Origin: Truepera sp.
GTDB taxonomy: Bacteria; Deinococcota; Deinococci; Deinococcales; Trueperaceae
DNA: 64,000 bases
Direction of reading: 5' to 3'
Assembly (NCBI GenBank): GCA_965218435.1
Contig: CBDCKW010000009.1
Span: 608,001 to 672,000, forward strand
Shown: in pieces, positions 49,681 to 60,331 of the stretch
Layout: each line of letters opens with the position of its first letter
Position numbering within the stretch: position 1 is the first letter of the stretch
Program-made: the position numbers and the translations under genes
Notes under the pieces: generated by a model
Seen by the model: only the letters and a program-made list of their open reading frames with translations
What the model was told of the DNA's origin: nothing
Databases searched by the model: none

Positions 49681-51969
49681 GTGATGGAGGCGTTGGTGTT
49701 TTGGTCGGGTGTGGCACTATGGCTTTTGGGGATGACGCTGCTGCTGCGTTCGCCCAAATTTTTGGGTGCGGGCGTCCTAGCGTCGCTGTTCGCCTTGGGT
49801 GGGCTGTGCGCCTTTCTCGGGGGGGATGGGCGCGCCACCACGCCACTTCTCTTGCAGGCCCTGGCACTCGGCGTCTTTTTACCCCCGAGCCGCCCCAAAC
49901 GTGCGCCCCGCGTCGCACAGCGCAAAACACCCCATAAAACACCGCACAAGACATTGCGCAAAACACCGCGTAAGAGCAGCAGAGCCGGTTGGAACCTCCC
50001 CAAGGTTCCATTCAAATTACCCAACTTGACGGCGAAACTGACCTTAGCCGCACCCACCCTCGCTACCGGCTCTTACGAAGCGCCTGCTGCTCAAGCTTCG
50101 GCCGACCATAGAGCTGATTATGACGCCAGCTCCCCCTTTGACCTGTGGGACATTCCGGGGTACGACGTTTTGGAGAAAGTCGGGTCCGGAGGGATGGCGA
50201 GCGTGTTCCGGGCACACCGTAAACGCGACGGGGCGCTCGTCGCCCTAAAGGTTCCAAACGAACACTTTGTCGGCGACGAAGGGTTTATCCGCCGCTTTCA
50301 TCAAGAAGCGGAGGTCGCGCAGCGGTTTGTTCACGCCAACATCGTCCGGACGTTTGAACATGGCACTGTAGGAGCCAAACACTTTATCGTGATGGAGTTT
50401 GTCGAGGGTCACAGTTTGGAAAACTATATTGACGCGGCAACAGCGCGTTACGACTACGCGGTGAGCTGCGAGTTGATGCGGCAGGCTGTCTGTGCGCTCA
50501 GCTATATTCACGGCGCAGGCGTCGTCCACCGCGACATCAAACCGGCGAACATGATGCTCCGGCAGAGCGGCTTGGCGGCTGAAGATGCCGACCATCAAGC
50601 CGCTGACAATAACGCTGACGATAGTGAGGGCGGCGTCGCGCCGGACGCGCTCAAGCTGATGGACTTCGGCGTCGCCGGGGGGCAGGTCAGCAAGCTTACA
50701 GTCATGGGCGCGCGCGTCGGCACGCCGACCTATATGTCGCCGGAGCAGGCCAGGGGTTTACGTTCGGATGAGCGCAGCGACGTCTACAGTTTAGGACTGG
50801 TTTTTTACGAGCTGTTAACCGGGCAGTCGGCCTTTCGGGGGGGCTACGAGGTTATTGTCCATCAGCAGATTTTCCAATTGCCGCCTCCGCCCCGGCAGCT
50901 CGAGCCCCGGATTCCGCTACAGCTCGAGCGCCTGGTGATGCAGATGATTGCCAAGGAACCCGGGGCACGCCCCAGCCTGGCGGAGATTGAGCACCGCTTG
51001 CTAGCACCCTTCGAGCTGCCTGAACTCAGGAGTAAAAGTCGGCTTTTATGTGCGCTGGGGGCAACCCAGGGTTCACTCCGTATTTTCGATACTGCGGGGA
51101 ATATCGGCGCGTCGGCTGACCTTGGGACCGCCCTCCCCGCACTGCCCCAGGCGTGTGCCAGCGACAGTCGGGGCAACCTTTATGTTGCTGTGGCCGACGC
51201 TGCCGAACCTAACCCTCTACCCAAGCATGACCCCGGCGCAGAACCGAACCCACGGTCCGCTAAAGGCCACGCGCTGATCTACAAATTGGCCCCGGACGGT
51301 GTACTGCTCGGGTCATTTGGGCATTACGGGATGAGGCCGGGGGAGTTTTTGCGGCCGGTGGCCCTAGCCGCTGCCCCGGACGACAGCGTCTGGGTGCTCG
51401 ACGCGGAGACGCACCGGCTCGAGCATTTCCGCGAAGATGGCCTCTACTTGGGCGGGTTTGGCGGTCCGGGCGTGGGCGAAGGGCGGTTTAACGATCCTCG
51501 GGACCTGCTCATTAGCGCCCAAGGCGAGCTGTTTGTTCTCGACTACGGCAACCGTCAGGTACAACACTTCGGTTCGGACGGCCGTTACAAAAATCGCTGG
51601 GCGTTTCGTGCTTCGAGTAAGGCCGATGAAGACCCCGGCACAACGACCCTGGCCGGTTCTGCGGAACTGCGGCTGTTAAACGGGTTTACGCTCGCTCAGA
51701 GTGGCGACCTCTACTTGAGAGAAGCGCAAAGTGGCGAGGTTCACCGGATTTCGCCCCTAAGTGGGGCTATTGAAACTCTGAGCTTGGGGCAAACAGAGAC
51801 GGCTCGCCCGGGCGTTTTGCTTGACTTAGGCGTTGACGACGCCGGTCAGCTGTTTCTTGCCGTGCGCGGGAGCAGCCGGATTCGCAAATACACGCCGAGC
51901 GGCGAACTGCTCGCTACGTTAGAGACATATGCCCCTATCTCACAGTTGCGAGTTGACGTAAGAGCTTAG
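49681..51969 (+). CDS. Membrane-anchored Ser/Thr protein kinase with C-terminal NHL/beta-propeller repeats
   Basis: N-terminal TM helices; GSGGMASV, VALK, HRDIKPAN, DFG, GTPTYMSPEQ; NHL repeats GEFLRPVALA and GRFNDPRDL. Confidence 0.88.
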   Translation: MMEALVFWSGVALWLLGMTLLLRSPKFLGAGVLASLFALGGLCAFLGGDGRATTPLLLQALALGVFLPPSRPKRAPRVAQRKTPHKTPHKTLRKTPRKSSRAGWNLPKVPFKLPNLTAKLTLAAPTLATGSYEAPAAQASADHRADYDASSPFDLWDIPGYDVLEKVGSGGMASVFRAHRKRDGALVALKVPNEHFVGDEGFIRRFHQEAEVAQRFVHANIVRTFEHGTVGAKHFIVMEFVEGHSLENYIDAATARYDYAVSCELMRQAVCALSYIHGAGVVHRDIKPANMMLRQSGLAAEDADHQAADNNADDSEGGVAPDALKLMDFGVAGGQVSKLTVMGARVGTPTYMSPEQARGLRSDERSDVYSLGLVFYELLTGQSAFRGGYEVIVHQQIFQLPPPPRQLEPRIPLQLERLVMQMIAKEPGARPSLAEIEHRLLAPFELPELRSKSRLLCALGATQGSLRIFDTAGNIGASADLGTALPALPQACASDSRGNLYVAVADAAEPNPLPKHDPGAEPNPRSAKGHALIYKLAPDGVLLGSFGHYGMRPGEFLRPVALAAAPDDSVWVLDAETHRLEHFREDGLYLGGFGGPGVGEGRFNDPRDLLISAQGELFVLDYGNRQVQHFGSDGRYKNRWAFRASSKADEDPGTTTLAGSAELRLLNGFTLAQSGDLYLREAQSGEVHRISPLSGAIETLSLGQTETARPGVLLDLGVDDAGQLFLAVRGSSRIRKYTPSGELLATLETYAPISQLRVDVRA
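49921..49980 (+). repeat. Degenerate 12-nt repeat encoding RKTPHKTPHKTLRKTPRKSS
   Basis: Period-4 amino acid repeat in the kinase juxtamembrane linker. Confidence 0.7.
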
Positions 51970-52092
51970 TGCGCCGGTTTTGAGGGTAACTGTCAGCTCG
52001 TGCAAAACCCTGTCCGGTAGCCGGGTTTTGCGCCGACCGGGGCAGCGTCCGGACGCCTATACTAAAGCTTAAGCGGCAACTAGGTGCGTTCG

Positions 52093-52121
52093 TTGACACC
52101 TACAAAACGGGTTGCTATGCT
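52093..52121 (+). promoter_or_regulatory. Sigma70-type promoter upstream of V/A-ATPase operon
   Basis: TTGACA-17 nt-TATGCT with extended -10 TG. Confidence 0.75.
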
Positions 52122-52130
52122 TGAACTCGT

Positions 52131-52160
52131 AAAGCGCGAGGGTTCATTTCGCGTTTTTTT
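52131..52160 (+). terminator. Terminator-like hairpin just downstream of the promoter
   Basis: AAAGCGCGAG-GGTTCAT-TTCGCGTTTTTTT. Confidence 0.55.
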
Positions 52161-52309
52161 ATGCCGTAAGACGCAAGCTTAGCCTAAATCCGGCTTCGGC
52201 TGCTAAATGATATGGTTCTAAACTGTAGGGTTGTTGGAACTATATGATTGCCAGTGCCGCGCCATAATTTGGGAAAGCTGTATCTTTACTCATAAGGAAG
52301 GAGAGCCGC

Positions 52310-52630
52310 TTGGAAGCGCAGGGTGAAAAACTATTGCAAAGTCTCGCTGACGAAGAGCAGCAGCTTTTAGCCAAAATCGAACAGGCCAAAGGCGAGGCCG
52401 CTGCTATTGTCGCCGAGGCGGAGCGTAAAGCTGAGAGCATTCGCCGGGACGCGACTGAACGCGCGGACAAAACTGCTCAGGAGCGCCGCAGTGAAGCTGA
52501 ACGCAACAGCAGCACTGCCCGAAGCGAAATACTAGAGCGTGTAGAGCAAGAGGTTGCCGAGGCGAAAATGAGGGCACAAAAAGGTCACGACAGGGCGGTT
52601 GAGCGGGTTTTAGAGCAGGTACTGCCGTGA
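52310..52630 (+). CDS. V/A-type ATP synthase subunit G/H (peripheral stalk)
   Basis: Charged coiled coil, first gene of operon, AAGGAG SD. Confidence 0.8.
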   Translation: MEAQGEKLLQSLADEEQQLLAKIEQAKGEAAAIVAEAERKAESIRRDATERADKTAQERRSEAERNSSTARSEILERVEQEVAEAKMRAQKGHDRAVERVLEQVLP

Positions 52631-52681
52631 GGTTAGTACAGTGAGGTTAGTAGGACTATCGGCAGAGTTACAGGTGAGCTT

Positions 52682-54676
52682 GTGATTTCGACGATGGACC
52701 AACTGCTCGTGGTCGGGCGCAAAAGTATCGTCAAAGAGGTGCTCGCCAGTCTGCAGCAGCTCGGCGTCGTACAGCTTGTGCCCCTACGCGCCGAAGAACT
52801 TGGGCAGTTTGAAACTTCGGCTGCCGACCAGCAAACCGAAGAGGCGTGGAACGCGGCGGTCGCCCGGAGCGAGGGGTTACTCTCGAGCTTTGGACTAGCG
52901 GGCGTACCGGCCCCCAAAACGAGCAACCGCGAAAAAGACCGCTTACCGAGCAGTCTCGGCGAGATCGAAGACTACCTCGCTGAAGTTGGCGCACAAGCCG
53001 ACCGCTTGGTCGCCGAACGCGGCGAAATCACCGACGAGCAAGATGTCATTAGCGTGTACCTGCCGCAGTTTCGGGACCTTGCGCCGCTGCTCGCGCCTTT
53101 AGAGGGCAGCCGCTACTTAAGCAGCGCCGCCTTTTTGGTGCCGAACGACGATACGTTAACCAAGGTGCGTTCGGCTCTTGATGAGGCGCTTCCGGAACGT
53201 TACGACCTGGCATTAAAACCGCAAGGCAAAGCTTACGCTGCGGTAGTCGCGGTGATGAAAGCCGACCACGCCGAACTTTTAGGGACGCTCTCCCGGCTCG
53301 GCCTGGGCGAGTTGCGCCTGCCCGAACGTTACGCGGACGAAGGGGTTGCCAAAGCCGTTCACCTGATGACCGAACGTGCGCAGTCGCTCCCCAAACGCCG
53401 TCAAACGATCGAGAGTGAGCTCTCAGAGCTCGGCCAGACGAACGGCACAAAGCTCCTCTTGGTACGTGATACGGCGATCAACTACCGCGCCCGTTACGAC
53501 GCGCTTTCAGACCTCGCCGGGGGGCGTTACAGCTTTGCGCTGCAGGGCTGGGTTCCCGCTGAGGAGCGTTCACGCGTGGTGGCGACGCTCGAGAAACAGT
53601 TCGGCTCGGGGATCGCCTTAGAGAGTCGCCGCGCCGACGATCATCACGATGAGGCGATTCCGGTCAGGCTCGAGAACCCTGGCTGGGTCAAACCCTTCGA
53701 GGGGCTGTTGTCCCTCTTTGCGCCCCCCAAATACGGCTACTTCGACCCGTCGTGGACGCTGGCCATCTTTTTCCCGCTTTATTTCGGGATTGTTTTAGGC
53801 GATATCGGCTTCGGCTTGATCTTTCTAGCTCTTGGTTTTTGGCTGCGGGCGCGCGGCAAACGGGGTAACGCTTTGGGTTTAGGGCCGCTCGGCATCACCT
53901 TGACCCCTGGAGCGTTACCGACGATCGGCACCGTCGTCATCTGGTGCTCGGCCTGGAGTATCGTCTGGGGCTTTATCTACGGCGAGTTTTTCGGTAATTT
54001 TTTAGAACACTGGCCGCATGACAACCCCGTGTTTTATCTTCCCGGACACGGTGAACACGGTTTACTTCCGATCACGCTGCTTCGCACCGAAAACTACACG
54101 CCGCTGCTGCTGTTGACGATTGGTTTCGGCGTGTTCCAGGTGTTGTTTGGTTGGGCGCTGCGGGTCTACTACGGGTTCCAACACGGCGATATGAAGCACG
54201 TCTGGGAAGGCGTCGGCATGTTTAGCGGCCTTACCGCGATCATCGTTTTCGCCTACGCGTTTCTCAACGGTTCGCTCGGCGGGTTTGTCTGGTTGATCAT
54301 GATCGTCGGATTTTTGATCTTTATCGTGGGCGTGATCCTCTCGGGTTTACCGCTGATGTTAGTCGAGCTGATCTCTAACTCAGGCAACATCTTGTCATTT
54401 TTGCGACTTTTTGCCGTCGGCCTCTCCGCTGCCCTTATCGCTAATTTGGCCACTGATCTAGGTTTCGCGGTAGCAGGCTTCGCGCCGATCATCGGGCCGA
54501 TCATCGGAATCATCGTGGCGCTTTTTGTCCACGCTATCGCCGTCGCGCTGACGATTATCGGTCATACACTGCAACCTTTGCGTCTTCAATACGTCGAGTT
54601 CTTTACCAAGTTCGGGTTTTATGATGAAAGCGGTACGGCGTACCGTCCATTTCGTTTCCTTGGAGGAAAAGCATGA
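52682..54676 (+). CDS. atpI: V/A-type ATP synthase subunit I (a)
   Basis: FFPLYFGIVLGDIG, LSFLRLFAVGL, LRLQYVEFFTKF. Confidence 0.93.
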   Translation: MISTMDQLLVVGRKSIVKEVLASLQQLGVVQLVPLRAEELGQFETSAADQQTEEAWNAAVARSEGLLSSFGLAGVPAPKTSNREKDRLPSSLGEIEDYLAEVGAQADRLVAERGEITDEQDVISVYLPQFRDLAPLLAPLEGSRYLSSAAFLVPNDDTLTKVRSALDEALPERYDLALKPQGKAYAAVVAVMKADHAELLGTLSRLGLGELRLPERYADEGVAKAVHLMTERAQSLPKRRQTIESELSELGQTNGTKLLLVRDTAINYRARYDALSDLAGGRYSFALQGWVPAEERSRVVATLEKQFGSGIALESRRADDHHDEAIPVRLENPGWVKPFEGLLSLFAPPKYGYFDPSWTLAIFFPLYFGIVLGDIGFGLIFLALGFWLRARGKRGNALGLGPLGITLTPGALPTIGTVVIWCSAWSIVWGFIYGEFFGNFLEHWPHDNPVFYLPGHGEHGLLPITLLRTENYTPLLLLTIGFGVFQVLFGWALRVYYGFQHGDMKHVWEGVGMFSGLTAIIVFAYAFLNGSLGGFVWLIMIVGFLIFIVGVILSGLPLMLVELISNSGNILSFLRLFAVGLSAALIANLATDLGFAVAGFAPIIGPIIGIIVALFVHAIAVALTIIGHTLQPLRLQYVEFFTKFGFYDESGTAYRPFRFLGGKA

Positions 54677-54984
54677 AGAAAGTTTTCGGTCTGTTGTCCC
54701 TGTTCGTTCTCATAAGCTTAGCTTTCGCGCAGGAAGGTCAAACTGCCGCTGCTACTGTCGGCGGTATCGGTGACGGCCTTTTAGGTATCGGCGCGGGCCT
54801 TGCTATTGGCTTGGCGGCCATCGGGGTAGGTATCGCGCAGGCGGCGATCGGGAGTGCCGGGGCCGGGACTTTGGCTGAGCGCCCCCAAGCGTTCGGTCAA
54901 ATCCTGATCTATTTGGTTATCCCTGAAACGCTGATCATCTTCGGTTTCGTCATCGCCTTCTTCTTAAACAACAAGATCGGTTAA
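54673..54984 (+). CDS. atpK: V/A-type ATP synthase proteolipid subunit K (c) with signal-like N-terminus
   Basis: Gly-rich hairpin, AERP loop, IPETL carboxylate. Confidence 0.92.
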   Translation: MKKVFGLLSLFVLISLAFAQEGQTAAATVGGIGDGLLGIGAGLAIGLAAIGVGIAQAAIGSAGAGTLAERPQAFGQILIYLVIPETLIIFGFVIAFFLNNKIG

Positions 54985-54986
54985 CT

Positions 54987-55628
54987 ATGGCAAATCTTTC
55001 GGCTCTGCTTGACAAAGAAGCGAGCGCGGAGATCGAAGCACTCCTCTCCGAGGCGCGGCAACGTGCCTCGGAGATCGTCGCTAAGGCCGAAGACGACGCT
55101 AAAGCGGCGACGGCCCAACGCGAACGCCTGTCGCAGTCGCAGAGCGAGGCGGCCCGAGTACGTGCGCAAAGTGCGGCGCAGCTAGAAGCGTCGTCAATGA
55201 AGTTGCGTGCTCAGTACAGCGCGGTCGAGGATGTGTTCGGATCGGCGGAAACTGAACTCCGTAAGCTCACCCAAGACAAAAAACGTTACGCCCCGATTTT
55301 AGCGTCGCTCCTCGGTGAGGCAGTGGACGCGCTCGGTGGCCCGGACAAAGTTGCGAAGGTTGCCGTCAACCCGGCTGACGAGCAAGCTGCAAAAGAGGCG
55401 GCGAAACAGTACGGTCTCGAGAGCAAAATCGCGACTGATAAAAGCGTCGAAGGCGGCGTCAAAATCAAAGCGGGCTCAAACGTAACGATTGAAAACAGCC
55501 TGTTCGACCGCTTGCAAGCCGCGCGCGAAGATTTGGCGTCGGAGGTCTCGAGGCTTTTAGGAACGTCTCCAGACGAACCTGACGCGGCGGCGACGCAAAC
55601 AGAGCCCGCAGCTAAGTCGGAGCCGTAA
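54987..55628 (+). CDS. atpE: V/A-type ATP synthase subunit E
   Basis: Coiled coil plus GGV...IENSLFDRL. Confidence 0.9.
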   Translation: MANLSALLDKEASAEIEALLSEARQRASEIVAKAEDDAKAATAQRERLSQSQSEAARVRAQSAAQLEASSMKLRAQYSAVEDVFGSAETELRKLTQDKKRYAPILASLLGEAVDALGGPDKVAKVAVNPADEQAAKEAAKQYGLESKIATDKSVEGGVKIKAGSNVTIENSLFDRLQAAREDLASEVSRLLGTSPDEPDAAATQTEPAAKSEP

Positions 55629-55629
55629 G

Positions 55630-56637
55630 GTGCCCGCTGACTTTGGCTACATCAACGCCCGTGTGCGCGGCCTTAAAGCCAAGCTTTTAGGTGACGAGTT
55701 TTACGAAGGTGCGCTCGGCGACTCTGACTTTAGGGCATTTCTGAGCAGTTTTTCGCAGACGCCCTACTCGCGTGAAGCTGATGACGCGCAGGCGCGTTAC
55801 GGCGACACCTTGCGCACTGTAGACGACGCGCTCGCCCGCAACTTCTATACCACGACCCGTTCGCTCTTAAACGTCGCTGACGGCCTTCCGGGACGGTTGC
55901 TGCAGATTTTGCTGCTCCGCTACGACCTCGGTAACCTCAAAACGATTGCCCGCGCCAAAAGTGCGGGCCGCGCCCCTGAAGAGGTCGAGGTGGGTCTCCT
56001 ACCGGCTGGAGAACTGAAACCAGCGGTCTTAGAGACGATTGCGCAGGCGAGCGATCTACCGGCGGCGGCGCAGGCGGTCGCCGCGACCGGACATCCGCTT
56101 AGCGGCGTGTTTACCCGCGCAGTGGCCAAGTTCAGCTCGGACGGTGACCTCTACGACCTCGAGTTGAGCCTCGACCGCGCCTACTATCAGGTTATCGGCG
56201 AAACGGCCCAAAAGGGCGGCTTCCCCGCCGACTTTAGACGCTACGTCCAACGTGAGGTTGACGCGACCAACATCCGCACCGCTCTTAAGCTGCAGGACGC
56301 AGAAGGGGACCACGCCGAACTCTTCATTAGCGGCGGTAAAGAGGTGCAGCGCGCTACCTTCGACGCGCTGCTGGGCGGCGACACGCAGGCGCTCTCTAGC
56401 ACCAGCTTCGCTGAGGTTGGCGAAGCTGAAACCCTTAGTAGTGCAGAAGAAGCGATCCGTGAGAATCTCGACCGGAACGCCCGCAAACTCTACTTCCGCG
56501 ACCCGTTGGGGGTGGGAGTTGTGCTGCACTACCTGCGGCTTAAAGAAAACGAAACGGCCCGTCTGCGACTCTTGGCCCGCGGCAAGTTTTACGGCGTCCC
56601 TAGAAACCGTTTAGAACAGGAGCTCGGCCGTGCCTAG
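55630..56637 (+). CDS. atpC: V/A-type ATP synthase subunit C (d)
   Basis: FGYINARVRG, RYDLGNLK, LDRAYY. Confidence 0.9.
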   Translation: MPADFGYINARVRGLKAKLLGDEFYEGALGDSDFRAFLSSFSQTPYSREADDAQARYGDTLRTVDDALARNFYTTTRSLLNVADGLPGRLLQILLLRYDLGNLKTIARAKSAGRAPEEVEVGLLPAGELKPAVLETIAQASDLPAAAQAVAATGHPLSGVFTRAVAKFSSDGDLYDLELSLDRAYYQVIGETAQKGGFPADFRRYVQREVDATNIRTALKLQDAEGDHAELFISGGKEVQRATFDALLGGDTQALSSTSFAEVGEAETLSSAEEAIRENLDRNARKLYFRDPLGVGVVLHYLRLKENETARLRLLARGKFYGVPRNRLEQELGRA

Positions 56638-56959
56638 AATGGTGATCTTAACCGATAGCGAGACGGCGACCGGGTTTCGTTTGGCGGGCGTCGAAGTACG
56701 TGAGGCCGACCCGGATGGTGCACAGGAGGCGCTCGAGGAGCTGATCGAATCCAACGACTTCGGTTTGGTCGCCGTTGACGAATCGCTGATCCCCGACCCG
56801 AACCGCTCGGCGGCGCGGGCGATGCGGGGCCGCGAACTGCCGGTGCTCCTGACGATGCCGAGCTTGGGGGCGGCGTTTGACGAAGAGAGCGGCGACGCGG
56901 CCGACTATATGAAGCAGCTCGTCCGCAGCGCCATCGGCTTTGACGTCAAGCTCGAGTAA
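56630..56959 (+). CDS. atpF: V/A-type ATP synthase subunit F
   Basis: D.ETATGFRLAGV, VRSAIGFDV. Confidence 0.92.
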   Translation: MPRMVILTDSETATGFRLAGVEVREADPDGAQEALEELIESNDFGLVAVDESLIPDPNRSAARAMRGRELPVLLTMPSLGAAFDEESGDAADYMKQLVRSAIGFDVKLE

Positions 56960-57038
56960 GCTCGTACCGTAAACCCGCGCAAAAGAACCCGGCGCGGTCT
57001 ACACTAGAGAAAGTAAACAGCACACATTAGGAGGAACT

Positions 57039-58778
57039 GTGGCGATAGAAGGAAAAGTACAGCGTATCTCCGGCCCGGCGGTGATCGCCGAGAACATGAT
57101 GGGCGCAAAGATGTTAGACATCGTGCGCGTCGGGAAAGAAAGTCTGATCGGTGAGATTATCCGGTTAGACGGCGACACCGCGTTCGTGCAGGTGTACGAA
57201 GATACCGGCGGGTTGACCATCGGTGAACCGGTCGTGTCAACCGACCTGCCGCTCGCGGTTGAACTCGGGCCGGGGATGCTCAACGGCATTTTTGACGGGA
57301 TTCAGCGCCCGTTAGATAAGATTTACGAAGCGTCAGGCACCTATATCGAGCGCGGCATCACCGTAAACTCGCTGTCGCGCGAGGCTAAATGGTCGTTTAC
57401 GCCCGAGGTCGAAGTCGGGGATGAAGTTAAAGGTGGTCAGGTCATCGGGACGGTGCCTGAATTCTCGTTTACGCACAAGATTTTGGTGCCACCGAATAAG
57501 TCGGGCAAAATTAAATCGATCGTTAAAGCAGGCGACTACACCGTTGAAGACGTGGTGGCGACGCTCGAGGACGGCACCGAACTCCGGCTCTACCATCCGT
57601 GGCCGGTTCGTCAGGCTAGACCCGTTGAACAAAAACTCGACCCGGTCACGCCGTTTTTAACCGGGATGCGCATCTTAGACGTACTTTTCCCGCTGACGAT
57701 GGGCGGCACTGCCGCCATTCCGGGGCCGTTCGGGTCAGGTAAAACGGTGACGCAGCAGTCCATCGCCAAATACGGCAACGCCGATATCGTGGTCTACGTC
57801 GGTTGCGGTGAACGCGGCAACGAGATGACCGACGTTTTGGTCGAGTTCCCGGAGTTAGAAGACCCGCAGACCGGCAACCCCCTGATGCACCGCACCGTGT
57901 TGATCGCGAACACCTCGAACATGCCGGTGGCCGCGCGTGAAGCCTCGATCTATACGGGCATTACTTTGGCTGAATACTTCCGTGACCAAGGTTACGCCGT
58001 CTCGGTCATGGCCGATTCAACCTCGAGGTGGGCCGAGGCGCTCCGCGAAATCTCCTCACGTTTAGAGGAGATGCCTGCAGAAGAGGGGTATCCGCCTTAC
58101 TTATCGTCGCGCCTCGCGGCGTTTTACGAGCGCGGGGGCCGCGTCACCACGCTCGCCGGCGACCAGGGTGCCGTCTCGATCATCGGCGCGGTTTCACCCG
58201 CCGGTGGGGACTTTTCCGAACCGGTCACGCAGGCGACCCTGCGGATTACGGGCTGCTTCTGGGCGCTCGACGCCTCACTCGCGCGCCGTCGTCACTTTCC
58301 GGCGATCAACTGGAACCGTTCGTACTCGCTGTTTACGGGGATTCTCGAGGATTGGTACGCCGAAAATGTTGCCCCTGACTATAGTGACCTCCGCGACCGC
58401 GCCGTCACTCTGTTACAGCGCGAAGCTGAACTGCAAGAGGTTGTACAGCTTGTCGGGCCGGACGCCCTACAAGACCAAGAGCGCCTGGTCATCGAGGTTG
58501 GCCGTATCCTCCGGCAAGACTTTTTGCAGCAAAACGGCTTCGACCCCGTAGACGCGTCGTGCTCGATGCCCAAAGCGTACGGTCTGTTGCAGCTTATGAC
58601 GACGCTGAACGACCAGGCGCGGCGGGCTCTAGACGGCGGCGCAACGGTTGACGACATCTTAAAAAACGAAGTTGTCGAAAAGGTCAGCCGCGCCCGCTAC
58701 GTTCCTGAGGACGAGTTTGAGGCGTACAAAGACGAGACCCTTAAAGAACTCGACAACGCTTTTGCAGTTCCTGCTTAA
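57039..58778 (+). CDS. atpA: V/A-type ATP synthase catalytic subunit A
   Basis: [26 protein letters not shown]. Confidence 0.97.
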   Translation: MAIEGKVQRISGPAVIAENMMGAKMLDIVRVGKESLIGEIIRLDGDTAFVQVYEDTGGLTIGEPVVSTDLPLAVELGPGMLNGIFDGIQRPLDKIYEASGTYIERGITVNSLSREAKWSFTPEVEVGDEVKGGQVIGTVPEFSFTHKILVPPNKSGKIKSIVKAGDYTVEDVVATLEDGTELRLYHPWPVRQARPVEQKLDPVTPFLTGMRILDVLFPLTMGGTAAIPGPFGSGKTVTQQSIAKYGNADIVVYVGCGERGNEMTDVLVEFPELEDPQTGNPLMHRTVLIANTSNMPVAAREASIYTGITLAEYFRDQGYAVSVMADSTSRWAEALREISSRLEEMPAEEGYPPYLSSRLAAFYERGGRVTTLAGDQGAVSIIGAVSPAGGDFSEPVTQATLRITGCFWALDASLARRRHFPAINWNRSYSLFTGILEDWYAENVAPDYSDLRDRAVTLLQREAELQEVVQLVGPDALQDQERLVIEVGRILRQDFLQQNGFDPVDASCSMPKAYGLLQLMTTLNDQARRALDGGATVDDILKNEVVEKVSRARYVPEDEFEAYKDETLKELDNAFAVPA

Positions 58779-58795
58779 GCTTAGGAAGGGGAGAT

Positions 58796-60331
58796 ATGGC
58801 TACGACGAAAGACACAACCAAAGACAGCCCAAAAGATACTGTCAATACGGCTAAAGACACGGCTAAAAATTCGGCAAAATCGAAAGAAGCGGCGAAAGAC
58901 ACGGCCAAAGCTGGGACTAAAAAGTTTATGAAAAAAGAGTACAGTGAGGTCTCGTATATCTCGGGACCGCTGCTGTTTCTCGAAAACGCCCCCGACCTCG
59001 CCTATAACGCGATTGTGCGTATCAAAGACGCCTCCGGGCGTGAGCGCGGCGGCCAGGTCATCGAAGTTTCGGATAAGGTTACCGTTTTACAGGTTTTTGA
59101 GGAACCCTCGGGGATTGACCTCTCGGACACTACGGTTTGGCTCGTTGAAGATGTGGCCCGGCTAGGCGTCTCGACCGAGATGATTGGCCGCCGCTTTAAC
59201 GGCATCGGTGAACCGATTGACGGCTTGCCGCCGGTTGTGGCCGATGAGCGCCTACCTATCGGTGGTGCCCCGATCAACCCGGTGGCGCGGCAAAAGCCCG
59301 AGGAGTTTATTCAGACCGGTGTCTCAACGATTGACACGCTGATTACACTCGTTCGCGGTCAGAAACTGCCGATCTTCTCGGGTTCGGGTCTGCCGGCCAA
59401 CGAACTGGCCGCGCAGATTGCGCGTCAAGCTAAAGTTTTAGGTGAAGGCTCTGAATTCGCCGTCGTCTTCGCTGCGATGGGCGTGACGCAGCGCGAAATT
59501 ACCTACTTTACCCAGGAGTTTGAACGTACGGGCGCGTTGGCGCGTTCAGTCTTGTTCCTTAACAAAGCCGACGACCCCGCCGTCGAACGTCTCCTAACGC
59601 CGAAGATGGCGCTGACGGCTGCTGAATACCTCGCGTTTGAAAAAGACTATCACGTGCTGGTCATCTTGACCGACATGACGAACTACTGTGAGGCGCTCCG
59701 CGAGATCGGCGGTGCCAGGGAAGAGATTCCGGGTCGCCGTGGCTATCCTGGTTATATGTATACCGACCTTGCCTCGATCTATGAACGCGCCGGGGTTGTC
59801 GAAGGCCGTAAGGGTTCAGTTACGCAGCTACCGATTTTATCTATGCCTGACGACGACGTGACGCACCCGATCCCCGACCTGACCGGGTACATTACCGAAG
59901 GTCAGATTTACTTGGCGCGTAACCTGCACAACCAGGGCATCTACCCGCCGATCAACCCCGGCCCGAGCTTGTCGCGGCTGATGAATAACGGCATCGGCAA
60001 GGGTAAAACGCGCCCCGACCACAAAAACATCGCCGACCAGTTGCAGTCCGCCTACGCCAACGGCCTCGACTTGCGCCGTTTGGTGGCGATTACCGGTGAG
60101 GACGCCTTGTCTGAAAACGATAAGCTCTACCTCAAATTTGCCGACGACTTTGAAAAGCACTTTATCAACCAAGGCTCGGAGGACCGTGGCATCGAGGAGT
60201 CGCTCGACATTGCTTGGGCGATCCTGTCTACGCTGCCTAAGTCCGAGCTGACCCGCTTGTCACGCGACCAGATTGACAAATACTACGGCGCGACGATGGA
60301 CGAGCTGTGGGGAGCGGCGCAGGAAGCGTAA
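58796..60331 (+). CDS. atpB: V/A-type ATP synthase subunit B with low-complexity N-terminal extension
   Basis: [34 protein letters not shown]. Confidence 0.97.
   Translation: MATTKDTTKDSPKDTVNTAKDTAKNSAKSKEAAKDTAKAGTKKFMKKEYSEVSYISGPLLFLENAPDLAYNAIVRIKDASGRERGGQVIEVSDKVTVLQVFEEPSGIDLSDTTVWLVEDVARLGVSTEMIGRRFNGIGEPIDGLPPVVADERLPIGGAPINPVARQKPEEFIQTGVSTIDTLITLVRGQKLPIFSGSGLPANELAAQIARQAKVLGEGSEFAVVFAAMGVTQREITYFTQEFERTGALARSVLFLNKADDPAVERLLTPKMALTAAEYLAFEKDYHVLVILTDMTNYCEALREIGGAREEIPGRRGYPGYMYTDLASIYERAGVVEGRKGSVTQLPILSMPDDDVTHPIPDLTGYITEGQIYLARNLHNQGIYPPINPGPSLSRLMNNGIGKGKTRPDHKNIADQLQSAYANGLDLRRLVAITGEDALSENDKLYLKFADDFEKHFINQGSEDRGIEESLDIAWAILSTLPKSELTRLSRDQIDKYYGATMDELWGAAQEA

Noticed and set aside
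54673..54984. Na+-coupled rotor
   Set aside because: Has Q and ET but Phe where Na+-binding rings usually have Tyr; resembles the H+-coupled Thermus proteolipid
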